From the human T2T-CHM13v2.0 reference genome, Homo sapiens, in NCBI RefSeq assembly GCF_009914755.1, contig NC_060926.1: 64,000 nt of DNA; one strand, 5' to 3'. The notes beneath the pieces were generated by a model. The model was not told the DNA's origin and searched no databases. It was given only the letters and a program-made list of their open reading frames with translations. Both the position numbers and the translations under genes were made by a program. Numbering within the stretch: the stretch's first letter is position 1; each line of letters opens with the position of its first letter. Shown piece after piece: positions 41,882-57,008 of this stretch.

Positions 41882-42191
41882 GGCCAGGCACGGTGGCTCA
41901 TGCCTGTAATCCCAGCACTTTGGGAGGCCAAGGTGGGCAGATCACAAGCTCAGGAGATTGAGACCATCCTGGCTAACACGGTGAAACCCCATCTCTACTA
42001 AAAATACAAAAACAAAAAATTAGCTGGTTGTGGTGGTGGGCACCTGTAGTCCCAGCTACTTGGGAGAATGGCGTGGACCCAGGAAGCAGAGCTTGCAGTG
42101 AGCCGAAATCCCACCACTGCACTCCAGCCTGGGTGACAGAGCAAGACTCCGTCTCAAAAAAAATAAATAAATAAAATAAAAATTAAAAAAA
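41882..42191 (+). mobile_element. Alu (AluY-like, small internal deletion in right arm)
   Basis: ggccaggcacggtggctc...accatcctggctaacacggtgaaaccc...gagaatggcgtg...gagcttgcagtgagccg; A-rich tail. Confidence 0.9.
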
Positions 42192-44055
42192 GGTATGCTA
42201 TTCCTTTCTCCAGAAGGAACAAATCAAATGCAAGCTTTGGTCTGAATTTGCACATTTTTCTAACTGGGAAAATTTTCTAGCCTTGGAATCCTGGGTAAAC
42301 TTAGGGACTCAAGGGTGTGCCAGATCTTGGTATTAACTTTGATTTTGATTACTTTGAACATATGCTAAGTTTTTTGTCTCTAATAACTAAATTCTAAGCT
42401 ATAGCTAGCTTTAATCAGGAATCTATCAGGTCACTTTCCATGAGTGACCACATAACTCATATAATTCACATTACGGGGGTATTAAAGAATCAACCTTCTC
42501 AATTATTTAATGACTATCTCACAGAAGAATGGATGTACCACAAGTAAAATTGGGGTAAAAATTTGGGGAAAAAAAGGATGTTTTAAAATCCTTTATATTC
42601 CTCCTCAAACATGTACACTGTCACGTAATAATTCATCTATCTAAAATATATATAGCCTCAGGTTCAGAAAATGGTGTGATTTGAATTCATTTTGTCCAGC
42701 AGATACTAGTGAGAAGCTCGGCCACTGCTTCATGGCCTTATCTAATTTATTCTGACCCAGATTGTCTGTTCCTCTCCTATTACTAATGAGTTTGTTATAC
42801 TAAAACAAAAGAAAGTGTTCTCAACTTCTATGTGTCACATTTCTTTTTCGAGTGCTACATTGACTTGAACCACCCAGCTGTCTCATGTAGTGGCTGCCAT
42901 TTATGGAGTAAGTTGACCCTGCTATGCCTTTTCTGTTTTCTGAGCCTTGGTTTCTTTATCAGAAAAATGGATTAGTGGGGCTGAATGACCTTTAAAATCT
43001 CTTCCTACTCTCTTCTATAAACCTCTTCCTTGACATAAATTTGAAAACCATCTTGGTACGGGGCTTTCTCTATTGTTCTTTACTACTTCAAAGTTTGGCT
43101 ACTGATATTTTGCTAATCATGAGATATTATAACATTGTGACTTTGGAGTCAGACAACCTGTGTGCAAATCCTGGCTCTCCTATATATTTTAGGCAAGCCA
43201 CTTAATCATTCTAATACCCATGGCACTGAGTTATTGTAAGGATGAAATGAGATCATGTAGGAGTGCATTCAGCTCAGCGCTTGGAACAGTATAAGGACTC
43301 AATAAACAGCAGTTGCATTAAATTCTCACTGCAGGCTCTTAGGAGTCTCCCCATTTCACAGGTGAAAGTGAATAATGTGATTTTTCATGTGCCGTAGGAT
43401 GGATCCCACTTCAATCTAGGATACTACTTCAGTTTTTTCCCTGTCATTTTGAGAAAAATGTGAGAATTACCCATTGCAACTGGAAAAAAATACAATAGTG
43501 AGTTCTCTGTGTCCTTCATAGAGGTTTGCAAGTATGGGAATGAATGAAAACCAAGACTTTTTTTTTCCTTCTGGAATAACTTGCTCTAGAAGGTGATATT
43601 TCTAAAACTTGCATTACTGTCCTTTCAGAGTGAGATAAATGAAAAATCATTCTCCAAAATAATCTTCATTTCATTATGACATGGACAAGGTTCCCATACT
43701 CAGATAATCAGGTGATATGCAGGATAGGGAGGTATAGGGTAAAGGGAGTCTTGTGTTATTTTAAAGAATAGCTGCTTCTCTGCCAGAGAGACTTCATATG
43801 GGAGATGGTTTGGGGGGACTTTTTGGAGGTTTTTGATACTTTTTCAGGCTGAAATTGTACAATGGCCTCAGAACAATATGGCTAGCAAAGATTTCTCAGG
43901 ACCTTGCCAAATAATTCTCCTGGTACTAAGGTCTGGTGCAGTTTTGTCATGGGAGCTCTGGCCATCATTTCTAGGTTCTCTTGGTTGGTTTACCAAGTGG
44001 TCCCAGGCCCACTTGTTTTGAATCCATCCCTTTTCTCCAGTTTGAAAAGACTTAC

Positions 44056-44140
44056 AGGAGTTCTATCAGACCACTCCCATGAGCCGGCATTCAGTGGGTT
44101 TCTTTTATTAAATCCAATCCAGAACTGCCTTTCTTCTGTC
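44056..44140 (-). CDS. PLA2R1: PLA2R1 exon 14 (CTLD4)
   Basis: ttacag|G ACA GAA ... ACT CCT|gtaagt; TEERQFWIGFNKRNPLNAGSWEWSDRTP (WIGL-type CTLD motif); 85 nt. Confidence 0.96.
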
Positions 44141-44212
44141 CTGTAAAGAGAAGAAACAAAAGCTTTGCCTTTCCCATCAAATTTACAGCATTATGTGAAA
44201 GGTTCAAAAAAT

Positions 44213-44305
44213 ACCAGCATGGCACATGTATACACATGTAACTAACCTGCATATTGTGCACATGTACCCTAAAACTTAAAGTATAATAATAATAAAAGAA
44301 AAAAT
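44213..44305 (+). mobile_element. Very short L1PA 3'-end insertion (~90 nt)
   Basis: accagcatggcacatgtatac...gtaccctaaaacttaaagtataataataataaaa. Confidence 0.85.
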
Positions 44306-45442
44306 ATTTTAAAATATTTATGTATGCAGGAAACAGCTGATGCTACTGGCAGGATTGATCAAGTCAACAAGCATTGAACATTTTAAATGTGCAAAACCCT
44401 GTGCTGTGACATGAACTGAGAGAAGAATAAGCCTCACATTCTATTACTCTTGGTTTGTGTGGTTTGCTCACAGGTGATATACAGGTGGGTAAAAGTCAGC
44501 TTTTATTGAGAACATGAGTTTCTCATCAGGAATAGCAAAGCCTTTCAGTCAGGACAAGAACACATGAAAAGAAAATTGGTAAGAAACTTTGGAACATCTC
44601 TAGCCAAGAGGACCTTTCACTACTTTACTGTGTGTTTGCTACTTCACTATACTATTTATTCTACTTTACTATGCTTTGATTTGTTGTTCTTTTGTTAAAC
44701 ATTCATGTATTCTCTGAAAGTCAACCACCATCATCTTCACTGAATAAAAGGTACACAGTAGGTTTTGGGTTTTTTTCAGATATCAACACAAATAATTCTA
44801 AAGCCAGTCACCCTGAGCCATGGTTCATTAACTTCAGTTGTCACCATTGGTTTATACTTGGTGAGAAGCTCCACAGAGAATCACCTTCCCTTCTATGAGG
44901 CAGAGTACAAATGTGTCCACAGAATACTCAATAAATCGAGTAATAAAGCCTACCTGTGCAATGAACCATCTCACTAAGATAATTTTCTGAGAATAATTTT
45001 GAAGAATCAAAGATTTAAAATATTCAGATGTCAGGACAGATACTTTATTTTCCTTTGTGCAGAGAAGCAAGGAATTCCTTCTCAGATATGTCAGCTACTC
45101 TGCCTGGATGACACAAATTAAATTCAAATTCAGCTTAGAAATCCAAGAGATCACTGATGCCCGGTTGGACATTGTCATGATGATACTAACTTTCATTTAA
45201 GGCTGGGAGAAGGTGAGAATGGCCACCTTCAGTTTAAGCCAAGCACATTAATCTCGATGGCATAGGCTGAAAATCCATGTCACTCTCCTGGTGTTGTGAC
45301 CTTTTTCTTTCCTCACTGAATTCAGAGTTCTATGTCTTTCCTGCTATATACTGGCTCCTGGAAGATGAAATGGTATTTACTTTCTCTTCATCAGTTTCCT
45401 GAAATTGTACAATATTTAATAAACACACATGTATGTGCATAC

Positions 45443-45466
45443 GTGTGTGTGTGTGTGTGTGTGTGT
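45443..45466. repeat. (GT)12 microsatellite
   Basis: Direct reading. Confidence 0.9.
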
Positions 45467-45635
45467 CTGATTAATAAAATAGAAATAGAAAAGCAGTGCC
45501 ATAGGAAGGAAAAGCAGCATACCTGCTATACCTGCTAACTATGAGATCTGGTATGTTTGCTATAATTAAGCATCAGATTTGACTGAATTCTCTGGTAGTC
45601 TGGGAATAAACTGAAACATACACAGTTATTGGTAA

Positions 45636-46187
45636 TTTTTTTTTTGAGACAGGGTCACACTGTCGCCCAGGTTGGAGTATAGTAGCACACAATCTTGGCT
45701 CACTGCAACCTCCTCTTCCCAGGCTCAATTGATACTCCCACCTCAGTCTCCTGAGTAGCTGGGACTACAGATGTGTGCCACTACACCTGGCTAATTTTTT
45801 TGTACTTTTTGGTAGAGATGGGGTTTCACCATGTTGCCCAGGCTGTTCTCTAACTCCTGGGCTCAAGCAATCTGCCTTGGCCTCTCAAAGTGCTGGGATT
45901 ACAGGTGTGGGTCACTGCACCCAGTCAAGAATTTTTAAATATTTTATTTAAAGACGGTTCTCGCTCTGTTGCCCAGGCTGGAGTGCAGTGGCACAATCAT
46001 ACCTCACTGTAACTTTGAACTAGGTTTTGCTGGGACTACAGGTGTGGCCACCACACCCAGCTAATTTTGAAAAATTTTTTTGTAGAAACTGAGTCTCACT
46101 ACGCTGCCTAGGCTGATCTTGAATTCCTGGCCTTAAGTGTTCCTCCCACCTTGGTGTCCCAAAGTGCTGTGACCCACTGTGCCTGGC
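45636..46187 (-). mobile_element. Two adjacent AluJ-like elements (~45636-45925 and ~45940-46187)
   Basis: Two antisense Alu bodies, the second internally deleted. Confidence 0.85.
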
Positions 46188-48148
46188 TCATATTATATGA
46201 CTTTTGTGATCAGATATTGAAGATCCATGATTTAGCTTGGGACTAAATTCTGCTAGACATTTCAAGCATGAGAACTTACATAAACAGAAATGACAGTGAC
46301 ATTTGATCTTAAAGCAAACTGGGAAGCAGTGTGTGTGTGGTTGTCATATGGCAAACCTCACTAAAATGCAAGGACAGAATATGCAAATATGTTTTAAAGG
46401 AAGCTAAAGTAATGAAGCAAAATGTAACTTTGAACAATGGAGACTATCACCTATCCCTTGGATTTGCGGCCTCACACCTGGCTGATAATCCAATTAGCCA
46501 GAAAGCTTCTTAAACTTTTCTTCAGACTCAGAGAGTCTGACTCAGCAGCTCTGGTGTGAGGCCAGAAAGCTCTGTATTAAAAGGTGTCCCGACCAAGTGT
46601 GATGAGCAGCCAGGTTCCTGAGTCATGGCCTCATGTCAGCATTTCCCGTAGGGACTAGCAGTTCTGTGGGATGTCAATAAGTGTTCTTAAAAAAGGGAAT
46701 TGTGGTCAAAGAAAGTGCTTCCTTCTAGAACCCTTTACGATGCTAATGTACATGGCAAATCTCCAAGATTGTACATTGTTTTGCAAACATATTTGACCAT
46801 AAAATCTCCTTCCTCCCCTGCAGAATGCTGCACAAGACTCACATGGAGAGATGTCAAAAACTCCCAGCTTTAAGGTCATTGCTGTAGATGTGGAAGATGA
46901 ATAATCTGATAGATGTTGCATGTTAATCTTTTTATGGGAATGTCCTACAAGGAAACTTGTGGGAAAGGCCAGAATTTTCCTGAAAAAATAGTACAGGATT
47001 TTTCTCTGGGATTCAGGCCAGTGTTTCATTGAGACTCTAGATTTCCAGAGCTTGAAGCAGAGTACCTATTATTATGGTTGTTTTCATTAAATAAATATAC
47101 AGAGTCATGGAGGTGTGATGATCACAACATCCTCAGAGGCAGGATCTTGTTTGTCATGTCTATTGAATTATCCAACCAGCTATGCATGTAACTGTGCCCC
47201 TTCCACAGAAGATACTCTCACAATGCAGGCTGACTGACAAGAACATTCCAAAGTGAGAGGCCAAACTCGGGGGTGGGGGGCTCACAGGAAGGAGACAAGA
47301 TGACTGTCTTCAAATATTTGAAAATAGAGTAGATTTGATCTGTATTTGCTCTAGCTCAAACTGAGGGGAGGCAGATTTCTGGCTTATTAGAAAACTACTC
47401 TTTGAAACCAGGCTTCTGCAATGGAATGGGCTTTCTCCCAAATAAGAAGCATTCTGAAACTGGAAGGAATTATGCAGACAGCAGATGACCACGGTATGTG
47501 GTGGGAGGTAGCACAAGACGGTTTAGAGTTCTTACAATTTAAGCTTGAGTTTCTAACTCCACTGAATTCAAGGTTCTGTAAACTTGCAAGATGGATACAG
47601 ATAAGGGAAAGCTTGTTTCCTCAAATGAAAACTTAGGAGGTTGGGTTGGAATTAAAAAAAAAATTACTGGGACTCTTTTTTTTTTTTTTTCCAAACAAAA
47701 TCTTACATAGGCTCCAATTATATACAAAATAATTAGCGGTGGAGCTGGTCAGAGCCGCTCTGGTGAGGCGTGGAAGGAACTAGGAGCTCTGCCTACGTGG
47801 CCCTCTCATACTCCTGGGGTTCCAGGATTCTTGGGATCCTTCCACAACACTTTGAAAACCACTGGGGTAGATAATTCCTGAGTTTGGCAGGAAAGCTCTA
47901 CAGTTCTGACTTGAGGCACAAAGAAAAGATTTCAAATATCTAAACAATTGTCACTTTGTTCTTTGTTTTATGAAATGAGAACCTGGTACAAGATAAACAT
48001 AAAACTATATGTATATTTATTTTTCTTGGCTTTGGGCATAATACAAATATGGGAATTTTAAACAACTACTTGGGATACTCACCCTCAGAAGCCATTACTG
48101 GGAGATAGAATATTTGACTGTAATTTTTCATAATTAACAAGTATTTAC

Positions 48149-48294
48149 CAATTAAATTTTGAATGTAAGAGCTCATTCACAAAATTCTCTTCCTCAATAT
48201 GGGCAAAGCTTGCAAGATGAGCTCCAAATTCTTCGCAAAATGCTTCAGCTTCTCTCCATGTTCTTTTCATCAGAACTTTTTCACTATGAAATAC
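48149..48294 (-). CDS. PLA2R1: PLA2R1 exon 13 (CTLD4)
   Basis: atacag|GTA TTT CAT ... TTT AAT TG|gtaaat; VFHSEKVLMKRTWREAEAFCEEFGAHLASF...HSKFNW; 146 nt. Confidence 0.96.
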
Positions 48295-50019
48295 CTGTAT
48301 AGTAAAAGAAAATAAATTAACATTGTTATAGATAAAGTCAGGTTGTTAAACTCTGTTCAAGAAAGTAACAGTAATATTAACATAATCATCATTATTATTT
48401 ATAAAGAGCTTGATCTAGTGGGAGGAAGTAATATTTACTGAATTAGAATGTGCCTAGTCATCATAAAACTATTAGTTCCTTTTATCCTCATAACAAATTT
48501 CTGAGGAGAATATAATAAACTCAGTTTTATAAATGAGCTTTTTGAGGAATTTTTTTTCACCCTAAATCTTCTGTGACTGGCATGTACTTGTCCCTCAGTA
48601 AATATTTGTCAAGAGATAAATAAAGTCAGGCCAAGAGAGGTTAAGAATTTTAGGTCACACAGCTATAAACTGGCAGAGCTAGAATTAGACCTACAATACC
48701 TTGCTTCCAGAGTCCATAAACTTCCATCCCACCAGATTGCCTTCTGACAGATTAGAATTAGCAGATTGATCATTACTCTGGCTGACCCAGGGCAAGAAAT
48801 GAGAAATTAGACCTGGGACCTAGGGTAGCTCTATTTCTAGAGTCTTTGGATCTTAGTTGAACTGGCAGTGCAGTGGTTCAGCTGTGCCTAAAATCTCTGC
48901 TGCTTCTCAGCTGTCTTCATGGTGGCAGGAAGAAGCCAGATGAATGGAAGGTCTTCTGTTGGCTTTATTTAAGATTGGGGAAAGGGACTGAAGACCCAGA
49001 GCTTGCAATCCCAGTCCTCTTACCCTTCTTATTTTTAACTGCCTGGCACTAAGCCTGAGCCTCTGATGCCAGACAGGTACACCCTGTGGCCAGCCCTCAC
49101 CAGGCTCTTACTTGCTGAGACCAGAATGAATAGCTTTCCAAGTCCTGTGGACCACAGCACAACCTTTCCATCTTTTAAATTATATGTCAAAACTTGCCTC
49201 CTCTGGGAACCTCTTCCCGAATCACTATAAGCTCATAAATCCTACCACCATGCCTATCACACACACCATGCATTTGTTGACATATCAGGGTGATATATAG
49301 TAGAAAAGGCACCAGACCAGAAGTCCTAAACCAGGCATTTATTCCAACTCTGTCAATAAATAATCGTGATCTTGGGCAAATCACTACATTTCACAGGCCC
49401 CAGTTTACTCATCTCTAAGGTTTAACTTATTAATGGGCGAGGCCACTTTTGGGCCTATTATTCTATGAATGTAATGTAGGATTATACATGTGTACAATTT
49501 AAATCGAGCACATTCACAGCTGCTTCATGCCATCTACAAGCTACAACAGTTCCAGAGATAGAGTCTGTCTTCATTCTGCTCTGCCTGTGCAGAGATGCTG
49601 GGGAACTTTTCCCCAAGATTTAGTGAACCCCTATTTGTAAAATAAACCAAGACAAAACCACCAAACATTTTTAAAAATCATATTTCAAAAAATGTGTTTC
49701 TGACAAGATTGTAGGAACTAATTTAAATGTAGGATCTAAAGCTGATTTTAAAAATAGAAATGTCTTCACTTATATATACACACACATACATACACACACA
49801 CATATATACACATACAAATCAACCGTATGCATCAATTTGTTTGATCTTCACATGTCTGGCAAGCTGCAAAAGCTATCCTTATTAGTAATATTGTATCATT
49901 CAATAATAAAAACTTTATTTGTTGGTTTACAAACAATATGAAATTATACCATTTAACACCCTCTGAGTGTCTACCTCCTTCACTTAGTGTATGAACAATA
50001 TTGACTGGGGCCTCAATAT

Positions 50020-50700
50020 TGCAGGAGGACAGGTCCCCAGATGACCCTTGCTGACCCAGCTCTTCCTCTTTTTCTTGGCAATTCTCAGGCAGAGTGTACC
50101 AAGAGTGCAACGTCCTGAGATAAGGAGGAACTGTCCTTATCCCTCCTAGAATAGGATGTCTTGTAATACTTTTGCTCAGTGATTCAGGTGGCACCTGGGA
50201 TATAAAACCCCGAGAGAAGCGCTTTGGGGAGCCCTCAGCTGTCATGCAAAGTGGGGCATGTGCAGACAAGATTCCATCTTCCTGGGGGTGCTTTCCTGAG
50301 CCTTGGGGGAATGGCTCACCATGGATCCTAGACTTCGGTTGCTTCTTGCTGCCTATCTGTGAATACAAGTTGAGCATCCCAAATCCAAAAATCCAAACTC
50401 CAAAATGCTCCAAAATGCAAAACTTTTTGAGCGGTGACAAGATGCTCAAAGGAAATGCTCATTAGAGCATTTTGGAGTTTGAATTTTCAGATTTGGGATG
50501 CTCAACTGGTAAGTGCGATGCAAATATTAAAAAAAACAAATCTGAAATCTAAAGCACTTCTGGTTCCAAGCATTTCAGAAAAGGAGTACTCAACCTGTAA
50601 TAAAGTTACTTTGCCCATCTTGTTGTGTGGGAATTCTGTCTCACCAGATTCATACTCTGGCAGCCAAGTTTGTGCAAAACCTCCTGTCAGAGCTAGGAAC
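50020..50700 (+). mobile_element. ERVL-type LTR (MER74/MER54-like) interrupted by a Tigger-derived MITE
   Basis: tcctgagataagga...tataaaaccc...ccctcagctg...ctttcctgagccttggggga...atggatcctag...tctgtctcaccaga. Confidence 0.6.
50366..50597. mobile_element. MER46A-like (Tigger/TcMar) MITE
   Basis: TA flanks at 50364-50365 and 50598-50599; TIRs caagttgagcatccc / ggagtactcaacctg. Confidence 0.8.
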
Positions 50701-50796
50701 TTACGCAGAAACTGGTTAGGTGTTTAGAGTCCTCCCCCAGGAGTGATAACCACAGCATGGTGCCCTCCTTCCAGGTATTAATATTAGCGCATGCTA

Positions 50797-51107
<311 letters not shown>

Positions 51108-51376
51108 CTGTGCCTGGTATTTCTGCTTAACAGATATCAATCTTCATGAGGAAGCCTTCAATATCACCAGGATGTGTCAATTTTTTTTACTTAAAAATTA
51201 TTTGGAATATGATTGAAAGGATAGAGACAGGCAACAAATGTTGATTAAGCACCTGCTGTCTGTCAGGCACTGTTCTGGAAAAAAAAAGGGCCCCGGAATA
51301 AAGGAATTTGGGATACATGGATCAAATTAAAATAGTGTTGGTCCTGTTAAGAATGTCCATGTAACCTTGGTATCAC

Positions 51377-51579
51377 CTTGAAGCAACTGGCCAGACCAGG
51401 CTCTGACTCCCAGTCCAAATAGCAGGGGTGAAAGGGCCATCTCTCTTCATACTCTGCTTTTTCCTGATTTTCAACTGGCTGCTTGCACAAGGACATTGCC
51501 TTAAAGTGCCGACAGTGCTTCACTTCCCAGCGACCAAGTGGATGCCTTCCTCGCATGGCAACACAGCCACCACTGTAGC
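51377..51579 (-). CDS. PLA2R1: PLA2R1 exon 12 (end of CTLD3, linker, start of CTLD4)
   Basis: ttttag|GC TAC AGT GGT ... TGC TTC AAG|gtgata; translates (R)YSGGCVAMRGRHPLGRWEVKHC...LASCFK, matching human PLA2R1 as I recall it; 203 nt. Confidence 0.96.
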
Positions 51580-54500
51580 CTAAAAGCAGAAAACAAGCAT
51601 TTTTAATACCAGACGACTAAAACGTTTTGTGCTCAGAAGACTGCTCTTTAGAGTGTTGAATAATTGACATCTCATAATTAAGCACCCAGACAAGAGCAAT
51701 CAAGATGAAAACGAATGTCTTATTGACCTGATTATGTCATTTCTCTTCATCTCTGGAGAAAAGAATGCAAGATGGGAAAGAGAGAAAAGAGAGTGTGAAG
51801 GCTGAAATTTGGACCTTGTCTGCTTTGTGCTCAGATGGCAAATGATGAGGAACTAGGAGCTATTCCTATCTGGAACCAAAATATCCCCCATATTTCAATA
51901 TTGTACTTCAAAATTCCATTGTGAAAAATCAACAATGAAAGGTGCATAGTGCTCATCCTCTAACAACTGGATTCAACAGGGGAAAATAGGTGAATAACAG
52001 ATTCAAGGTAGACCACAAAGTATACAACAGAAAACCAAACTGTAAACCTTGGAAGAATGAAGAGAATGAGATGAATTCTCTAAATGAGGTAAAGATCCGG
52101 GGGCAGGGACAAGGCAGACATCAGGGAAAAGGAAGACAGAATTAGAGAGAGAGAGGGGCTTTTATATGAAAAGCAAAGTACTGAGATTTTCCCTCCCACC
52201 TTCATAGTATATGTGAGATATTGGAAAATGTGATATACTAGTTATGGACAAAACTCCACTTTTTTCTTTGTGTATGCTTGAACATTTTAGAAGGTAAAAT
52301 GTATTTTTCCACAGAAACAATTTATAAATTAAGATTCTTAAGTTTGTCAGCAAAATCTATACAACTCATATGACAGCAAAAAAAAAAAAATACACTTCAA
52401 ATTTCAGTGAAGAACAGTAGAAAGCAATTCTATTCCAAAAATAGAATTAAAATGAGTAAGAATGAGCTTGTTTTTTCTTGAATCCTGGGTGATCATTTAG
52501 TTAACTAAATTCACATTCATCAACAACAATAAAAAATTGTACATCCGCAATGTGCTCAGCTAGGCTGTATATTAACTGCTTGAAAAAAAGGATGAAGCAA
52601 AGCAAACCAAAAACCAATTCTTAGTTTAGTGTAAGACACAGACACATAAATAAGCAATTCTAATAAATATAATGTGTAAAGTGCTACAGTAAAAGGTGTG
52701 TTCAAAGTTCTGGAGGAGACATCAGAAGGGGTGATGGAGCCTGTCCAGAGATGTCAGTAAAACATTTGCAGGAAGTGACATTTGAGCTGAATTTTGAAGG
52801 ATGAAAAGGAGAAATGAGTTTTCAAGGCATGCTTGTAAAAAGAGAGTGATTATAGATGACTGACGACTTGCGATGATTCTGTACCTGAAGGCTCTTTAAA
52901 AAATGTCGTCACTTGCTACTTGATATTTATCTTGCTTAATTTCCCTTCAGAAGTAATGGCTTCAATTTTTTCAGATACTGAGTACCTGGCATTGTGCTTG
53001 TCATCTATGTTCTGATTGTTTTATGCTCATGGAAAGACACAAGAGAGGGAAAATGAAGAGTGCAAAGGAGAAGAAAGAAGACAAAGGAAGACATAGAGCA
53101 TCTCTTTAGGAATGGAATAATTTGCTAAAGAATGAGTGTATGAGTGTTTGTGTCTTCAACAGCGCTGGCTGCACAAGTGTGTTAGGCACCAGCATCGCCA
53201 TGGCAAGATGGTTCTGATCTGGAAGAACCCCCTGGGCCTCTGTGATGAATCAGAGACCCTCAAAGGTAAAAATGTCCAGTGGTAAAAGAGGAAACACGCT
53301 ATCCCTCACATAGAAGAAAAGAAAGTCAAGGAAGAGTTGGTGCATCCAAAGGCCATCGGATGGCTCTACTGGCCCAGAACAGCTAGCTGGTGTTAAAGAT
53401 GCAAGGTTGTGGGCAGGCAAGGGGGAGAAATTATAGTATGCAACTGCCCCTGCCATTAATGGAGCTTTGCAGGCCTGTTGAATAATTTCAGAATGCAGCT
53501 CACAGTCCAGCTGGATCATGAACAGTACAAGAGATGCTGCATGCTCTGTGCAATAAAACTGAACTGGAGAAATCCATGTGGAAGCCCCAAATGCAATATA
53601 CTTGTGGAGCTGCTCTAGTTGAAAGAGAAGGGAACGCACACATCCTGCTCCATTCCCCCGTCCTTTGAGGGGCCCCAGTGGAAACTCCAGTTACTGCACA
53701 GCACAGGCAGGAAACCTCATGGAAAGAACTTCGGACTTGGAGCGTGAAGTTTGGGGTTCTAGTCTCAGCACAAATCTTTAGTAACTGGAAACTTGAGGAT
53801 GTGAATTAACCACAATAGGCCTTGTCTAAAATATGTGAATAATAATTCCTTTTCTTCTCATGGGTTTTCATGAAGATCAAATGAAATAATGAACTGAAAA
53901 GCACTCTATAAAATATGAAGAGCTAAAAATACCCCTGCAATGTTGCTATTATGCTTATGGCCATTTTCATTACAAAAACTAGGGTTTTGTGGCATAAGTT
54001 CTGCCTGCATATTCAAAGAATTTTTCAAAAGTTTGAATCAGCAAGTTTGAAATGTAATATACTTTTTTGTTGGTCTTGCATTTTGTCTCACTTTCCCACA
54101 CCAGACAATGATTAAATAGCTTTGGTTTTAGATGCTATAAGATATTCGACTCATCTTCATTAGTGAAGAAGGAGATGTTCGTGAACCACTATGAAGATGA
54201 AAAGTGCTGCAGAAGTGTTATTGGTATTCTAAAGTGGTTAACTTAATGGAACATTTGACCCAAATTTTAAGAGTCTCAGCCCCAAAGAAGCAGTAAAGTG
54301 GTATAATAAAGGGAGACCAGGCTAAGGGAGAGATAAACTAAATTTATAAGCCTATATCGTGGGGATGCTTGCAAAGCCAAATAATAAGGGTAAGGGTGTG
54401 GGAAAGAGCAGAGGCGAATTTTCTTTCAGAGAAGTTGTTCTTAAATTTGATAACTCACTTCCCACTGGAGAAGAAAAATGATTATTCTCAGAGGTGAATC

Positions 54501-54912
54501 TCACATTTTAACAGATTCTCCTTACCTGCCTTACCCCCACCCCACTCACTCTCTCCTGCAAACACGAATGGGGAGACTTTCTGTCAATTAAGAAATTCTG
54601 ATTCACCAAGTTATCTATGCAAAATTAAGTGAGCTGGGAAAACCTCCACTGTCCACCTCCCTGTTCAAATACCTAAAAACAAACCCATTGACCAAAACTT
54701 TTTGTGCTGGCTTTTCAGTGCCTCTAGACAATTATTTCACTTGAGTCTGCCTGCTTATTTTCTGGTTCCCTGCAACAACCCTTTACATCCTCATCTCTCA
54801 AGTCCTCTACCCTCTCACCTTCCCTCTCTCTCTCCTTCTTCTCTCCTCTAACAGAGAAAAGTGAAGCTCTTTGGGTAGGCAAGGCAAGTTTCCTGCAATG
54901 CTGTGTATCTGC

Positions 54913-55296
54913 CAGGCACTGTGCTAGGCAATTTATATGGTCTTTTCCCTATTTAACTCCAGAAACTCTTCGAGACAGGCATTAGTGCCTGATTATGCAG
55001 TTGGAAAAATTAGGGCACAGAGGCTTAGTAACTTGCCAAAGGCCACAAACGTAGTGGGCTCGCTCCAGGATTTGAAACCAGATTTATTTGGGTCTACTGT
55101 GAGACAGGCACTGTGCTAGGCAATTTATATGGTCTTTTCCCTATTTAACTTCAGAAACTCTTTGAGACAGGCATTAGTGCCTGATTGTGCAGATGGAAAA
55201 ATTAGGGCACAGAGGCTTAGTAACTTGCCAAAGGCCACAAACGTAGTAGGCTTGCTCCAGGATTTGAAACCAGATGTATTTGGGTCTGTGAGACAG
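54913..55296. repeat. Tandem duplication (192-bp period) of a MIR fragment
   Basis: Copies start at 54913 and 55105 (caggcactgtgctaggcaatttatatgg...); MIR core agaggcttagtaacttgccaaaggccaca. Confidence 0.9.
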
Positions 55297-55654
55297 TATC
55301 AAGGTACAGAGTGAGTGGGTGGGCATTCAATAAGCAGTTGAATAACTGAATGAATGAGTTCCCCTAAAATTATGTTCCTGTCCCATGGAGCTCTCTTGCA
55401 TCCCTCTGATCCTGTTTCTCTCCTGTGTGTGGCCACAGCATTTCCTTGAAGATCTACTGTCACATTTTCACTTTGCATGACAGTTACTTATATGATTATG
55501 AGGAGATATGGAAATGTTCTAAGGGCTCTCAGAAATGAGACTGGGTTTATCCTTATTTATATGGTGGCTCATTTCAGAGCTCTGATGAGCCTTAAAATGG
55601 ATTGGCCTCTCTAGTGTCTACTGATGGGACAGGCTGAAAGTGCAGGGCACTTTC

Positions 55655-57008
<1,354 letters not shown>

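Noticed and set aside
49832-50449. Longest ORF in the track (205 aa, minus strand)
   Set aside because: Runs through a MITE and an LTR; no recognisable domain; likely chance.
54913-55296. Repeat arrays as CRISPR-like or prokaryotic systems (also 16565-16656)
   Set aside because: Eukaryotic intron context; only 2-3 units, no unique spacers and no cas-like ORFs.
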